Part shown: piece by piece, positions 11,810 to 25,110 of the stretch
How the letters are laid out: the number at the start of each line of letters is the position of its first letter
How positions within the stretch are numbered: the stretch's first letter is position 1
DNA from: Octopus sinensis
Taxonomy: Eukaryota
Length of the DNA: 64,000 nucleotides
Direction: 5' to 3'
NCBI RefSeq assembly: GCF_006345805.1
Contig: NC_042999.1
Location: 113,770,001-113,834,000, forward strand
The notes under the pieces: model-generated
Told to the model about the DNA's origin: nothing
What the model saw: the letters and a program-made list of their open reading frames with translations, nothing else
The model's database searches: none
Position numbers and translations under genes: made by a program

Positions 11810-12190
11810 ACTGCTTTGAAGGTGGCAAGCTGGCTGAATCATTAGCACACCAGGCAAAAATGTTAAGCAGCATTTTCCATCCTTCTTCATGCTCTGAGAT
11901 CAAATTCCACTAAAGCTGACTTTGCCTTTCATCATTTGGGGAATGAGTACCATTCAAGCACTAGGGTCAATGTAATTCGCTAGCTCCCTTCCCCCAAATT
12001 TCAGGCCTTGTGCCTATAATAGAAAGGATTATTATTACTATTTGGCGAGCTGGCAGAATTGTTAACATGTCAGATAAAATGCTTACTGTCAATTTTTTTT
12101 ACAATCTGAGTTCTAATTCTATAATGATCAACTGCACCTTTCATCCTTTAATGGCAAATAAAATAAGTGGACCTTGTACCTATAGTAGAA
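11810..12190 (+). mobile_element. SINE family A copies
   Basis: A-box-like tggctgaatcattag and B-box-like gatcaaattcc followed by the family A body. Confidence 0.75.
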
Positions 12191-12197
12191 AAGGTCA

Positions 12198-12581
12198 TTA
12201 TTACCTCCACCTTAGCGAAGCCGGAGGTATTGTTTTCAGTTACATTTGTTTATCTGTCTGTGGACAAGATATCTCAAGAACTGCTGAATGGATTCGGATG
12301 AAACTTTCAGGGATGCTTGGCCCCATGACTGGCACAAACTGACTAGATTTTGGGATTGATCATATAATGGATCATATATTCTGGGTTATTTTTCCGTTTT
12401 TTTTTTTGTTTTTGTTTTTTTTTACTTAATTTTTGAGAGAGCTCCAGTTCATTTTTAGTATTCTCATTTGTCAGAGCAGTTGAGTTTATTTCAGATATTC
12501 TCATTTTAAAAATCATCTCCAGCTCATAGCTGAGAGAACATTGGTGTTGCCTTGGTGGAGGTTTGCAATCTCTGAGTGCTC
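12198..12581 (+). mobile_element. DINE-1/HINE-like non-autonomous Helentron-type element
   Basis: 5' ttattacctccacc...ccggagg hairpin, short tctgtctgt repeat, 3' ccttggtggagg complementary to the 5' cctccacc, ending ctctgagtgctc. Architecture recalled for DINE-1/HINE elements. Confidence 0.55.
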
Positions 12582-12590
12582 ATTATTGTT

Positions 12591-13061
12591 AGTGAGAGAG
12601 CAGTGCATGCCATCAAAATGACACTGGGGTAAAATATATGAAGCCCAGTATATCCATCATGACTACCCGTCTGATAAGGGTACACCAGGCACATGTATCA
12701 CAACCATATGTGTGCAACATAGTGATCTCATATCAAGATAAATAACATGACTTTGCAGGTGGGGACGAGTTAGAATTTTCTTCAGGTTGAATAGTCCCTT
12801 TGCTCACCCATATTTCCAGAGGAGTATTATTCCAACCTCAGAGAATTCCTAACACATGGCTATGATACTCTCCCACTACTTCTGCTTATAATTAGAGATG
12901 TACATATCGTCAGCCAACTAACAAGTAAATCTTTGGTATTGAGCAGAATATTTGCTGTAGCACATCTTTTACACCAAGACAAAACAATGTACATGATAAC
13001 ACTTCCAATCAGTTAAGATCAGAAGCTATGAAAGCCACTGCCTGGTACAGCATCAGGGCAT
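12591..13061 (-). mobile_element. Family G element, inverted relative to 10751-11276
   Basis: Reverse complement of both ends and most of the body of 10751-11276, with an internal deletion; flanked by ATT/CAT repeats. Confidence 0.85.
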
Positions 13062-13107
13062 ATCATTATCATTATTATTATTATCATCATCATCATCATC
13101 ATTATTA

Positions 13108-14256
13108 TTATTTGATAAGCTGGCAGAATCATCAGCATGCCAGACAAAATGCTTACTGTCATTTTGTCTGTGTTTACATTCTGAGTTCAAATTCCACCAT
13201 GGTCAACTTCACCTTACAACCTTTCAGGATAAATAAAGTACTAGTTGAGCACTGGGGTTGATGTAATCAATAGTAAAAAAGCTTATTAATATTACTTCTC
13301 TTCGTGGCAGTGAATTAATAAACACATCAGCCAAAATGCTTGGGGGGGGGGTCCCCCACCACCACCTAGCTCTTTACATTCCACTGAAATTAACCTTACC
13401 TTCCATCTTTCCAGGGCCATTTAAGTGAAGTTCAAATCAGCACTAAAACCAAATAAGTCCCTGGACATTACTGCCGTGGGTCCTACAACTCATAGGGCCA
13501 GTTAGCCAGTTTCCATGTTGTATAAGTGAGTGGGATCACAACAATCCCCACTGAATGGAATGCTTATCCATCGCAAGGTTATTCATTTACAGCTGAGTGG
13601 ACTGGAGCAATGTGAAATGAAGTGTTTTGCTGAAGAACACAATGCACCAATCAGTTCAGAAATTGAAACTACAATCTTATAAATTTAGTGCAACACCTTA
13701 ACCACTAGGCCATGTGTCTTCAGACCCATTAGTACTAGTGTTGATATAATCATCTGTTCCTTTCCACCAAATTTCTGGTCTTGTGCTACTGTTAAAAATT
13801 ACCATTATTAGGGTAGCAGATAGGTAGCATCACTAGCTCGTCAAAACAAAATGCCATTTAGAATTTGTTCTGCTTTACATTCTAAATTCAAATCATCCCA
13901 AAATCAGCTTTGCCTTTCATCCTTCTGGGGGTTGGTAAAAGTACTAGAGTGCTTAAAAAAAAAAAGAAATACTAGAACCAATGTACTATTAACTCTACTG
14001 ACTAACCCTTCCTTCCAAATTTTTGACTTTAGCCCTTTCGATACCAACCCGGCAGCAATCGGCTCTGGCTCTGTAGTAAAAATGTCTTGTCACAAGTTCT
14101 GAATTAAAATCTTCCACCAAACCTTAGTCACAATTTATGCTCCTAGCACTAGCTTAATGATAACTAAGTTATTTTACTAAATTCTTTGTTGTATTTAAAA
14201 TTAATTGAAAGAAACACAGAGCATCTTTAAATATGGTAACAAAAGGGTTAAGGACA

Positions 14257-14291
<35 letters not shown>

Positions 14292-14700
14292 AAAGGTAGG
14301 CAAGGCAGTGAGTTAGTAGAATCATTAACACATTAGACAAAATGCTTAGCAGCATATCTTCCTACCTTAGGTTCTAAGTTCAAATTCTGAGGTCAACTGC
14401 ATTTCATCTTTTTGGGGTCAATAAAATAAATACCAGTCAAGTACTGGTGCTGATGTAATTGACTCCCATCCCACCCCCAAAAACTGCTGGTCCAGTGCCA
14501 AAATTTGAAACTATTACAATGGATAGATTCTGAGTTCAAATTCTGCTAGAGCAGATTTTGTATTTCATCTTTTTGGGGTTCAATAAAATAAGTACCAGTC
14601 AAGTACTGGGGTTAATGTAATTGACTATCACCCCATCTCAAAAACTGCTGGGCCAGTACCAAAATTCGAAACCATTATTAAAACGGTGAGTTCAAGTCTT
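13108..14700. mobile_element. Mosaic of SINE A copies (+), a SINE D copy (about 13445-13720, -) and a TTAA MITE
   Basis: Family motifs recognisable by eye. Confidence 0.7.
14029..14251. mobile_element. piggyBac-like MITE family 2 (other copies 22376-22577, 33786-33979)
   Basis: Termini ttag|ccctttcgatacc ... ggtaacaaaaggg|ttaa, i.e. CCC...GGG TIRs in TTAA-like target sites; no ORF. Confidence 0.7.
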
Positions 14701-14932
14701 GATAAGATTGTTTTGCCTTTCACTTTTCCAGGACCAATAAAGTAAGTATCAACCATATTACTAGGATCAGCTAAGTTGACTCACCACTAAAGAAACTGTG
14801 ACCTTGTACCAATGTTGACCACAGTAGAATTTGAACTCAGAGCACACAGAGTCAAAACAAATACCATGAAATATTCTATCTGCTGCAGCTCTAACAATTC
14901 TGCCAGTTCACATTATTCTTTGTGTTGGTCCT

Positions 14933-15163
14933 TTAAATCCTTTTGCATTTAAACCAGCCATAACCAACCTAAACATTCTATTTGATATTCTACATTCAAA
15001 CAGGCCAGATCTGATCTTTCACACCTTCTATACAATGTCTTTCTAAAAATAACAAACACATCCTCAAAATATCAAAGCTACAAGATAATGAATCATTAAT
15101 TGAAAACAATGAGAATAAATAAGCATTACATTTGACAAGAGTAATCTGAATACCAAAGAGTTA
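14933..15163. mobile_element. piggyBac-like MITE family 1, diverged copy
   Basis: Shares its body (catttaaacc...aagcattacatttgaca...gtaatctgaat) with 28813-29040 and 61215-61376. Confidence 0.7.
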
Positions 15164-17779
15164 TGATAGGTTGCAATCTGAAGGAAACTTGACTTCTATT
15201 TCTAGCAGGTCAAGTGACAACACAGAAGCTCCCTTGTTGATTCATATAGCAGAGATTAAGATCATTGTTAGAGAATTATAACTAATAATCTGAACTTCCA
15301 TTGAATAGACTAAATTTTATGACATTTACCTTAAGCATCTCAAACGTTGCTCTCAATACCAGACCAGTTCATAACAAAACAGACTCTTACTTTAACATTT
15401 ATCCTCATTCTAACCAACATCTTAGCAAAGCATGCTTGCTTAATCTAGTTGAGACCATTTTTACCATGAATAATATTGCAATTATCTTATTTAGTGATTG
15501 TGTTGTTGCATTTTTTGTGCTCAAAATCTAGAATCTCTTCAACACTGTACATCTTATTCCCCCATGATTTCTGAGAACTAATTTATTTCACGGAAATCAA
15601 AATTGCAAAATTTATAAAATAAACCCAGCAATAGTGATTTAGGCGATGTGATTGGCTTAATGCTAATAAATGCTTAAATGTCTTAATCCAAGAAGTGGAT
15701 GCCAAAACCTGAGCTTGTATGTATGTGTACATATATTCTATTATCAAGTCTGGCCTCTGTGTGTGTGTGTATAACGTATTTGGGTCTCCCTAGAGACAAA
15801 GTGCTAATCAGCAATAGCATTAGAGTTACAATTCTAACAATCAAACTTAGACAATTCTGAATCTAGTTGGAAAGAATATGTAAAATATTTTTGAAATTCA
15901 TGTAGAAGATTCAAAACAAAAACAAAATGAAAATATTTAAAAAAATTAACAAAAGAAAAACAAAGCCTGATTCCACAGTTTTGTCCATGACATTTGTTTT
16001 TGAACCAGTGTTCAACATTTCTTTGTAAATTCTTCTTTTTCAGTAAAAACAAAACATATACAAACAACAAATATGGAATAAGCTGGCATTGTTGATAAAT
16101 TAGCTTTTACTTTCTATTGATATGTTTTTAGTTATCCAATGTGACAGGATGAAGCCAGTTTTCAATATGGAATATTCTGACACATTTCTAAACAACTATT
16201 ATTTATTAACAACATGAATACGTTTAAAAATATCCAATTCTTTTCAACAGGTCTTAACCAAATTCTTAAAATACCAACATAAAATAATGGTATATTTCAC
16301 CACAAAAGACTGATCTAGAAGGATAGCTAGCTGGCAGGTTAGTCTGCATGATTGTGTGTATGTGCAATTTTGTGTGCAATGCATGTTTATGAATTTATAA
16401 GTTGTAATATAATTGGTATACAAAAAATTATGCAGCGTGATTTTTTTTTTTCTTTCAGTTATGTAAAAAACATACTTATGATGATAAAAAACACAGAACT
16501 GTTGCCTGATGTAACAATTATTCCTATACAGATGAATTATGTAATAAAATTAATTCCACGTGATAAGTTTCAAAACCAAGAATATTTTGTATACAAAAGC
16601 AGCTGGTAGTTAGGAATATAGTGCATGAAATGGAAGGAAGGACAAGAAGTATTGGGGGGACCATCCAGTGACTGACATTAACTAACAGGAAAGGTGAGTG
16701 AGTGAGTGAGAGAGAGAGAGAAAGTGAGACAGACAGACAGAGAGAGGCTAAAGAGAAAAGAAAGATGAATCAAGCAATGACTGAGCCACAGTTGTTGTTG
16801 TTTATCTGAAAGTCAGTCTTGATTGAGTAGATTGAGGCATTCCAGCTGAAGCCATCCATTTTGTTTTGCTTTTTTTTTCTTCCCTCATAAACTTCATTAT
16901 CTCACATGCATGTGCATGTTTCAAGATGACAGAGTGAGATTTGAGGGGGAGTCATCTGCTATTTCTAGCAAGTAGAGGTTCCGTAGTTGGCTGGCAGATA
17001 CTTGTTTTATATAGGTAGAGAGAACAAGGGAAGAAAGTGGAAATCTCTGAGCAACAAGGAAACAAAATAAAAGACTGATGCAAAATTGATTTGTCAGACT
17101 TTCCTAAATACTTTCAAACTAAATAAGGAAAGAATCAAGTCAACAGAAGAGTCTCAACCTGCTATAAAGAGTAGCAAAATCTTCTTCAATGCATTTTAAA
17201 GCTGATCAATCATCAAAGATGTTCCAGCCCTGATTATGGTCAATAAAAAAAAATGTATTGGACAGCATTGTCCAATGTGTGCTGCACATTGTAATTCAAG
17301 GGACATTTCACAACTATTTCCAGCAGCTCACATGACCAAGCAGAAAATAATTTTTCTGTGTTGACAAAGTCTGGGAATACTGCAACATATCTAAAAAGTC
17401 TTTAAAAATTCAAGACTTTAAAATTTAACTAAAGATATATAATAGTTCTTATTCAACAACTTAATAATGGTTTCATATTTTGGCACAAGGCCAGCAATTT
17501 ATTGGGGAGGGGCTAGCAGATTTCACTTCCTCCAGTCCTCAACTGGTGCTTATTTTATCAACAATGAAAGGATGAAAAGCAAATTTGAACTCAGAATGTA
17601 AAGGTAGATGAAATGCTACTAAGCATTTTGTCTAACATGTTCAAAGTTCTGCCAGTTTGCTACTTTATTCAGCAATTTAATAATAAAATTCAAAGAATTA
17701 TTGTAAAGAAGATACAGTATGCCCCATAGAGTTGTTTGCTAAAGTTCAAACTCAATCCTGACTGCTCAAACCCAGGATC

Positions 17780-17935
17780 AGAGGTATTCCAGTTGTGACC
17801 ATCTCATCTTTCATTTAATCATTTGAGTACAAGGACAACATTATCCAAGGTGTCTATTTTTATAGTAGTAAGGTATAATTTGAAAGAGACCTGGTTACTA
17901 TTTCTAGCAGATTGAGCGGCCATACAGAGGCATTC
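17780..17935. mobile_element. Unclassified short interspersed repeat F (similar segments at about 430-480, 15170-15240, 16790-16990, 36540-36680, 37900-38090)
   Basis: Recurrent motifs gcattccagctgtgaccatc and ctatttctagca(g/a)gt(c/t)gagc...agagg. Confidence 0.55.
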
Positions 17936-19267
17936 TTTTTGTCACAAACTACATAAAAGTAGTGATTTAGAGTAAATAATCTCTTAATTTTGATTTTCTA
18001 TAGCATCTTTTCTCTTAATTTTATTAATATTACTGTGACCCTTAGGGAAGGACATAAACATCACAAATCTATCTTCCACTATCTCTGCTCTCTCTCTCAT
18101 GAACCTCAACAAAGCCAGTCAACAATGAATGGATGTCACTAATTAAAAATAATCAAACAGGAACCATTTGAGCTTTTCTTTTTTCCGAGTGAAATTGTGC
18201 CATTTACTTTAATGAAAAGAATTTCTTTCTTTTTTTTTTTTAGTAAAATAAAATACCATCTCTTCTGCTGCCTCAAGCAAACTGTCTATTTATTACAGTT
18301 ACACGAGTTCAATAATATATCAATTGATTGGTTGTTTGATGAGAGATATTAGGGAATTATACACTTCAAGAAACGGCTGGTAAATTGCATTTGTCTCTGA
18401 AGTATAATAAAGATCCATGAAACGCAGAGGTGTCAGAGGTGGGTGGGATTACTAGCAGACAAAAATTGAAACTAAGTCAGGGGGTAAAATTTGGTGATTA
18501 CGTTTAAGCTTAGAAATGCTATTTCAATATAATTCCCAATTTGTTCTTTGTCTATTGTTGAAGCCATGTAAAGATCAGCTAAGTCATACTCTTTCCTTTG
18601 ATATTAGAAACAACTCAAAAGAACTAATAGATCAAACATGCTCTCTCTCTCTCTCTCTCTGACACATGCACACATACAATATTATCAAACCAAAGAAACT
18701 AATGTTGTAATAAAAAGTCCCTCTTCACCAGACTGTTAAGAGTCATACAATTGTTTCTGACTATTTAAAAGGTCAAAACTTATGTGATTGACTGATTGAC
18801 TAAATGTTTACACACACAAATCTAAACTATGACTGTTTGGCTAGCTGGCTGGCCACATTCCTTCACTCACACATGCAAACATTCATACAGACAAACACTA
18901 ACACATGCACACATTCAAACACACAGACACTAACACATGCACACACTCCTACACACTGACACCTCATTATATATACACACATTCTCGTACAGTATTGTAA
19001 ATGCACACAAACACTTGCATACACTGTATACAGTAAAGAGACATTCTTATAAATGCACATATACAAAGTCGCTCTAGTACAGACATGCACATATATGCTC
19101 TCGTACATGCATGTGTAAACAAACAGCTGTAGATGCACATGCATAGGCTCTTGTACATACACTCATATATTTATTTTTACTCACACACACACATGCAAGC
19201 ACTGCAACATGCATACTCACACACTCTCATACACAAAAATACATGCTCATACATACAAAGACTGTCA

Positions 19268-19490
19268 CACTCTATTTTCTGGCAATAAAAGTCAGATTTT
19301 TCAGACCAAAATTTACAAAATAAAAAAAAAATTCATAGGTTGACTTATACCCCAAGAGGACTTAGGAGGACCAAAAGTTCCATGTGAAATGTCGCAGAAT
19401 TTGGAAAGATTTAGTGATGATGTTTGAATATTTACACCTCACATTTGCACAATATACTACATCAACTTAAATACCGCAAAAAATGGTAGG
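19268..19490. mobile_element. Possible pogo/Tigger-like MITE remnant
   Basis: Degenerate ends ctattttctgg...taaaag and tcaacttaaataccgcaaaaaatggta, with an internal ttgacttatac repeat. Confidence 0.35.
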
Positions 19491-20542
19491 CACACACTTG
19501 CTTCTAACAGGACTTCAACTTTTATGCGAAAAGCTTAGTAGCACATAAAATATAAGCAATTGTACAAATTAGCAACTGAACCTAAGACTAGTTGGCAAAA
19601 TTAGAAATTGGCTGTTACACCTACTAACAAATAAACTAATAAACACCAGGCCTTGTGTGAAAACAATAAACTCACTGACCTCCCAAGATAAAGGTGAGTG
19701 AACATTGACACAAATACAGATACGTGCATGAGGATAATAATAGGAAACAAATCGGTCAATTCACACCTTTAACATTAGAAACAAGGGATGTATTTAATCA
19801 ATCCATATGAATGATTAAGGATATTTTTCTTTTTCTTATACTCAAGCCTGTGTGTGTGTGTTTGTGCACGCACATTCTCTTTTATTCATTTCTTGTTTCA
19901 GTCATTGGACAGCAGCCATGCTGGAGCACCACCTTCAAGGAGTTTTTTTGTCAAATACATCAACTTACATCAGCTCCTATACTCATTTCAGCCTAGTATT
20001 TCTACTATCGAATTTTGATAAGTTACATATTTAACAGGAAAAAAAACAACTTCACCCACACTTTTACACCAATAAATTCACATAAACACACAAACACACA
20101 CACACATACACGTACATGTGTGTATGCATGCTCGTGTGCATATATGCCTGTGTTAGTTTGCGTATCCTAGTTTTAGAATAGGTATGCCTCATCCTTGCAT
20201 GCTGTAAGAGGCAACTACAAGTGTTGGTGAGAAGAAGGGCACCTAGTTGATTAAACACTGCTTCAGAACCATCTAATCAAACCCAACCCATACCAGCATG
20301 GAAAAGTGAATGAATGACACTAATGATGATATAGGATGGGTTTCTATTACTGTTTTTACGTACCTAATTTCACTCATATGGTGGTAGTTAAACCCAAGGC
20401 TACAGTAGAGAAGACACTCATACAAACTGTCACAGAGTGGGATTGAGCTTGGAACAAGCAGTTATAAATGCACTACTATGTAAATGTGTATACCAGAGTC
20501 AAGTGCCTCAACAAGTTATTTCTCTTTATGAAAGATAATAGG

Positions 20543-20583
<41 letters not shown>

Positions 20584-20683
20584 CTATCGTAAATATGAGG
20601 CAAATAAATTTAAATAATTTATTACTAGTGGTTAGCATGCATAAATAAACATTTTAAGACAAAACATATTTTTTAAAATATAA

Positions 20684-20951
20684 GAGTGCATAAAATATTC
20701 TTATGCACAAAGAGACCATTGACAGGACTCCTTACATGCTAAAAAGGCAATGCTAAAAAGGCCAGTTAAAACCCAAACCACAAAAAAGAGAATTTGTGAG
20801 GCATGCCAATTTTTTTTGTTCGTTCTGGCGTTATAATTGGCATACCTCATGAATTCTCTTTTTTGTGGATTGGGTTTTAACTGGATTTTTTAGCATGTAA
20901 GGAGTCCTGTCAATGGTCTCCTCTTTGTGCATAAAAATATTTTATACACTC
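20684..20951. mobile_element. Fold-back (palindromic) MITE with arms of about 120-128 bp and a 23-nt loop, TA-flanked
   Basis: 20684-20811 is the reverse complement of 20835-20951 apart from a few transitions and two indels. Confidence 0.9.
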
Positions 20952-22043
20952 ATATATATATATATATATATAGAACAAAAGTATACATAAGCAGACAATA
21001 GGTATCAGATCAAATTATGACATATTTATATGTATGCAGGGTGGAAAGATTACACAAAGCAGGAAGTCAGGAAAAGTCTTGACTGTGGAGTGTTCTTAAT
21101 GTTTGCTACGTAAACAGGTAGACAGCAGGATAAGGCACAAAGGAAATCCGTAGTGTTGCTATGGCATAGTTTGGTAGGTAGGTGAATAGTGACACAAGTA
21201 AAAACTTTCTAAATGCACAAATTTTACCAGGGTGCTAATTGTATGTACCTATTGTCCTCCATCATTGCACATTATACTACCCAGCTACTGTCAAAAAAAT
21301 CCAACCCATGCCAGCATGGAAAACAGATGTTAAATGATGATGATGATATATGAAATTGAAATAAGTACTAGTGGAGTGGGGGTCAATATGGTTGACTAAA
21401 AGGAATTGAGGGAGGTCCCTGAGCATGGCTGCAGTCAAAAAGAAGGGATGGTATTATGCAATGTTTATGCTTTTCCCTAGGAGTGTTAGGGAATGAGTAT
21501 TAAAAGAGGTTTTGACAGGAAATAAATTTAGAACACAAGAGTCCAAACTGAATAGCATCAACCATTTTAGTTTAGTCAAAACACTCACTGCCACTTGAAA
21601 TGTCAAAAAATTATTTTAGTAGAGAATATAAGCAGTTAACCAACATCATGATGCATATCTACAGAAATTATGAGCCATATTGTGGTATATTGTGTTCTTT
21701 CAGCTACAAAATACCAACAAATTATAAAATAATTCTCTGGGTGTGAAATACTAAATTGCTGTCATTCTGTTTCTAACTGCTGAATATTTCACACAATAAA
21801 AAGAAAAAAATTGTTAAACTTATAAGTAACATAGTAAGGTGTAAAAATAAGAAAAATATTGATTGTTTAGTAAATTGAGAATATTCAGATATTTACATGG
21901 CTATGTGAAGCTAAGCTGTTTATCTAACAGCTGGATATCCTTCACTCAGGCAATGAAACATTAGAGGTAGACATTTTCAGTTAGGTTTGGCTGATGATGT
22001 GCTTAGCTTCAATAAACATATTTGTATGTGTGCGCACTCACAC

Positions 22044-22091
<48 letters not shown>

Positions 22092-23881
22092 ATGTGCACA
22101 CATGCATGTGTGTGGTCTTTCGTTTATAACAGTGATTCTCAAACAAACAAATACCAGCCACTATCACATCCCCCGCACCAAATATTAGTGACATTTTTTA
22201 GCCACTCCATTATATTTTTAATCTTTTAGTCAAGAGAGAAGGACAGTGTCCATGACCTATTATAAGGCTTCCATTATCAGAAGGTGGATGAGAAGATGGT
22301 ATCATGAAACCAGAAGCCTGGCCTGAATAGTTGCAACAATGGACACTCCTAACAGCAGCATGCCAGGTGGCAGTATTGACCCTTTTGATATCGACCAACC
22401 TGAGACCATCTCTGTTAGTTATGATACAAAATTTACATCAAAATTCTATGTTAATTTACATTCCAAACACCAATTTAATAATGACAAAGCTTATTTTACT
22501 AAATTCTTCATTATTTTCAAAATTAATAGAAAGAACAGCAGTGTATTTCAAAAGAAATATGATAACAAAAGGGTTAAACTGCACAATGGGTTAAATCTAC
22601 CCAAATAGGTCATGGCAGGATTTGAACTCAGAATGCAATGAGCCAGAACAAATAACACAAGGCATTCAACCTGGCTTTCTTGCAGATTCATTCACTACCT
22701 CAGATTGACATTTTTTGTATATGTAACCTTGAAAGGATAAAAAGCCAAGTTGACTTCAAAATGACTTGAACTCACAACACAATGAGTTGAAATAAATACT
22801 GCAAAATATTTTGCTTGATGCTCTAACAACTCTGTAACTTATTAAATTCTGGCTGTCAAGCTTGTACCATTATAGTTGTCATAACTCAGGTATATATTTC
22901 TATAAGAAGTTGCACACATCTAAACTTTGACAGATGGAAAGATGAGGTAAATGATCCCTACTGAGTCTTCAATAAAAGACAGAACTAGTTAATTCAATCC
23001 TTGCTATGTTGCCAAAGCCTTTGTGGTTTATCCACAAGTTATTTCACGGCAAGACAAAATGTACATCTATTAAACATATTGTATATGACTGCTTCGTAGC
23101 AGAGTTTTTAGCAATCAATCTAATAAGATTTAGTCTTTTATTACGAATTTTAATCTTTGATACAAAAGAATAATTACGAAAGACTAAAGTTGGCACTTAA
23201 TAACAATACAATTTGAAGCACAAAGATATTGGTAATGAGAAGTAGGAGAACACTTGGAAAAGAAATTTTAATTAAAATTCTATCTTCCTGAATCATTACA
23301 CATAGAAAAGAAAGACAAGACAGCATGCTGCAACACTCTGCTTTCCCCACCATTGCTTGCACTACAGACTGAACTAAGTATTGACCAGAGAAAAATTTGG
23401 TCAATTGGATTTAATCATTTCCCCTCTAACCTTCATCACTGATAGTGTAGTCATGTCATGACATGATATATGGGATACGATATGCTATGATGTATGGTTA
23501 TGATATCTACGGCACCAGAACCTTCAGTCTTGGTAACTGAAGCAATGTTGCTAGCTATTATATCATCCAATAAACAAATAATGCATCAGTTGACTTAACT
23601 AGATATTGGTTAACTTGTGTGAACAAAACACTGGCTCAATAGCTAACACTCTACTGACACTGAGTGGTGTATGCATGTACCAGTGTACAGATACAGACAC
23701 ACAGGTTTGGTGAAACTTAAGAGTATATATATATATGATTTGGCTGTAAAGTTACATAAGTAACTCAAGGGCCAGGAACTTCATGCACAGCACACATCAA
23801 TATTGATAGTCCAAAGAATGAAACTCTTGACCCTTCAGTCACTTATGTAACTTTACATAAGTGTATATGTGTGTGTGTGTG

Positions 23882-23928
<47 letters not shown>

Positions 23929-24239
23929 ATATATAATGTGTGTATGTGTATGCGTATTTGTGTGTGCATACACACACACGCATTTACTATTTTATTGTGT
24001 TTCAGTCATTTGATTGTGGTGTAGCTCTGCTGGAGCGCCACCTTCAAGAAAATAGTTGATTCCACTGATGCCAGTTATTATTTTATCATCCATGGAAAGA
24101 GAAAAAGCAAAAAGAACCTGGGTAAAATTTGAATTCTGAACAGAAAGCAGCATAACCAAATACTGCACAGTGTTATGTCTGATGCTCTACTGATTCTACT
24201 TCCTGTCTTGTAGACAGACAGACAGGTCATCATTATCCT

Positions 24240-24590
24240 CATCATTGTTTCAACGTCCACTTTTCCCCTACTTGAATCAGATGGAATTCAGTAAAGCAGA
24301 TTTTCTACCCTCAGATACCCTTCCTGTCGACAACCCTCACCTGTTTCCAAGCAAGGTAATATTTCCCCTTGGTTGGGCAACTTTTCAAAGAAGACAAGTA
24401 AAGAATGACACTGCTTATGTCAGTGACATTCACTTACAGCTAATATGTGATGTCAAGACAAGAAGTCTCATGCGTGCGTGCAGACACACACATATAATGG
24501 GCTTATTTCAGTTTCCATCTACCAAAACCACTCACAGAGAACTGGTCAACCTGGGACTATAGTAGAGGATGCTTGTCCAAGATCACATAC
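24240..24590 (-). mobile_element. Chimeric SINE: family B core joined to an (ATG)n-tailed RTE-like 3' end
   Basis: Reverse complement of the 48780-49180 arrangement. Confidence 0.65.
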
Positions 24591-24666
24591 AGAAACAGAC
24601 AGAACAAGAAAAAAAACACAGGAAAAAGAAAAATGAGACAAAATCAGAAAATCTTGAGTTGTTTAC

Positions 24667-24726
24667 CTTAAAACTCTCCCGAGATTTGTCTTGTAATCTA
24701 TCAATAGCAGAAATTTTCGGCCTCTC
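24667..24726 (-). CDS. Candidate 60-nt symmetric (phase 0-0) exon ERPKISAIDRLQDKSRESFK, unknown gene
   Basis: Minus-strand acceptor gttttattcttcttttcag| and donor AAG|GTAAAC. Exactly 20 open codons, with CpGs retained in an otherwise CpG-poor neighbourhood. Confidence 0.5.
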
Positions 24727-24812
24727 CTGAAAAGAAGAATAAAACGTAACTTGCAAGTTGTATCTTGCTAATGTTCTTTCTACAAGTATGTAAATATCTG
24801 TAGTTGTGTGAC

Positions 24813-25110
24813 TGAGTGGTTACATGAGTGAGAGGTCACATGAGGGAATGGCTAGTGGCATGAGAGAGTGATTGCATAAGTGAGCAGTTGTGTAAGTGGC
24901 CACATCAGTAAGCAGCCACATGAGTGAATGGCTGGTTGCATGAGTGAGTGGCCATGTGAGCGAGCAGCCACATGAGCAAGCTGCCGCATGAACAAGAGAC
25001 CGCTTAAGTAAGTGACTACATGAGTGGGCAGCTGCATGAGCAAGTGGCCACATGAATGAGCAAGCAACTACATGAGCAAGCGGCTGCATTAGTGAGCAGC
25101 CACAAGTGAG
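24813..25110. repeat. Degenerate 16-bp minisatellite, about 17 units, inferred ancestral unit CGTGAGCGAGCGGCCG
   Basis: Units such as catgagcaagctgccg, catgagtgggcagctg, catgagcaagtggcca and tgtgagcgagcagcca are in 16-bp register. Confidence 0.85.
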
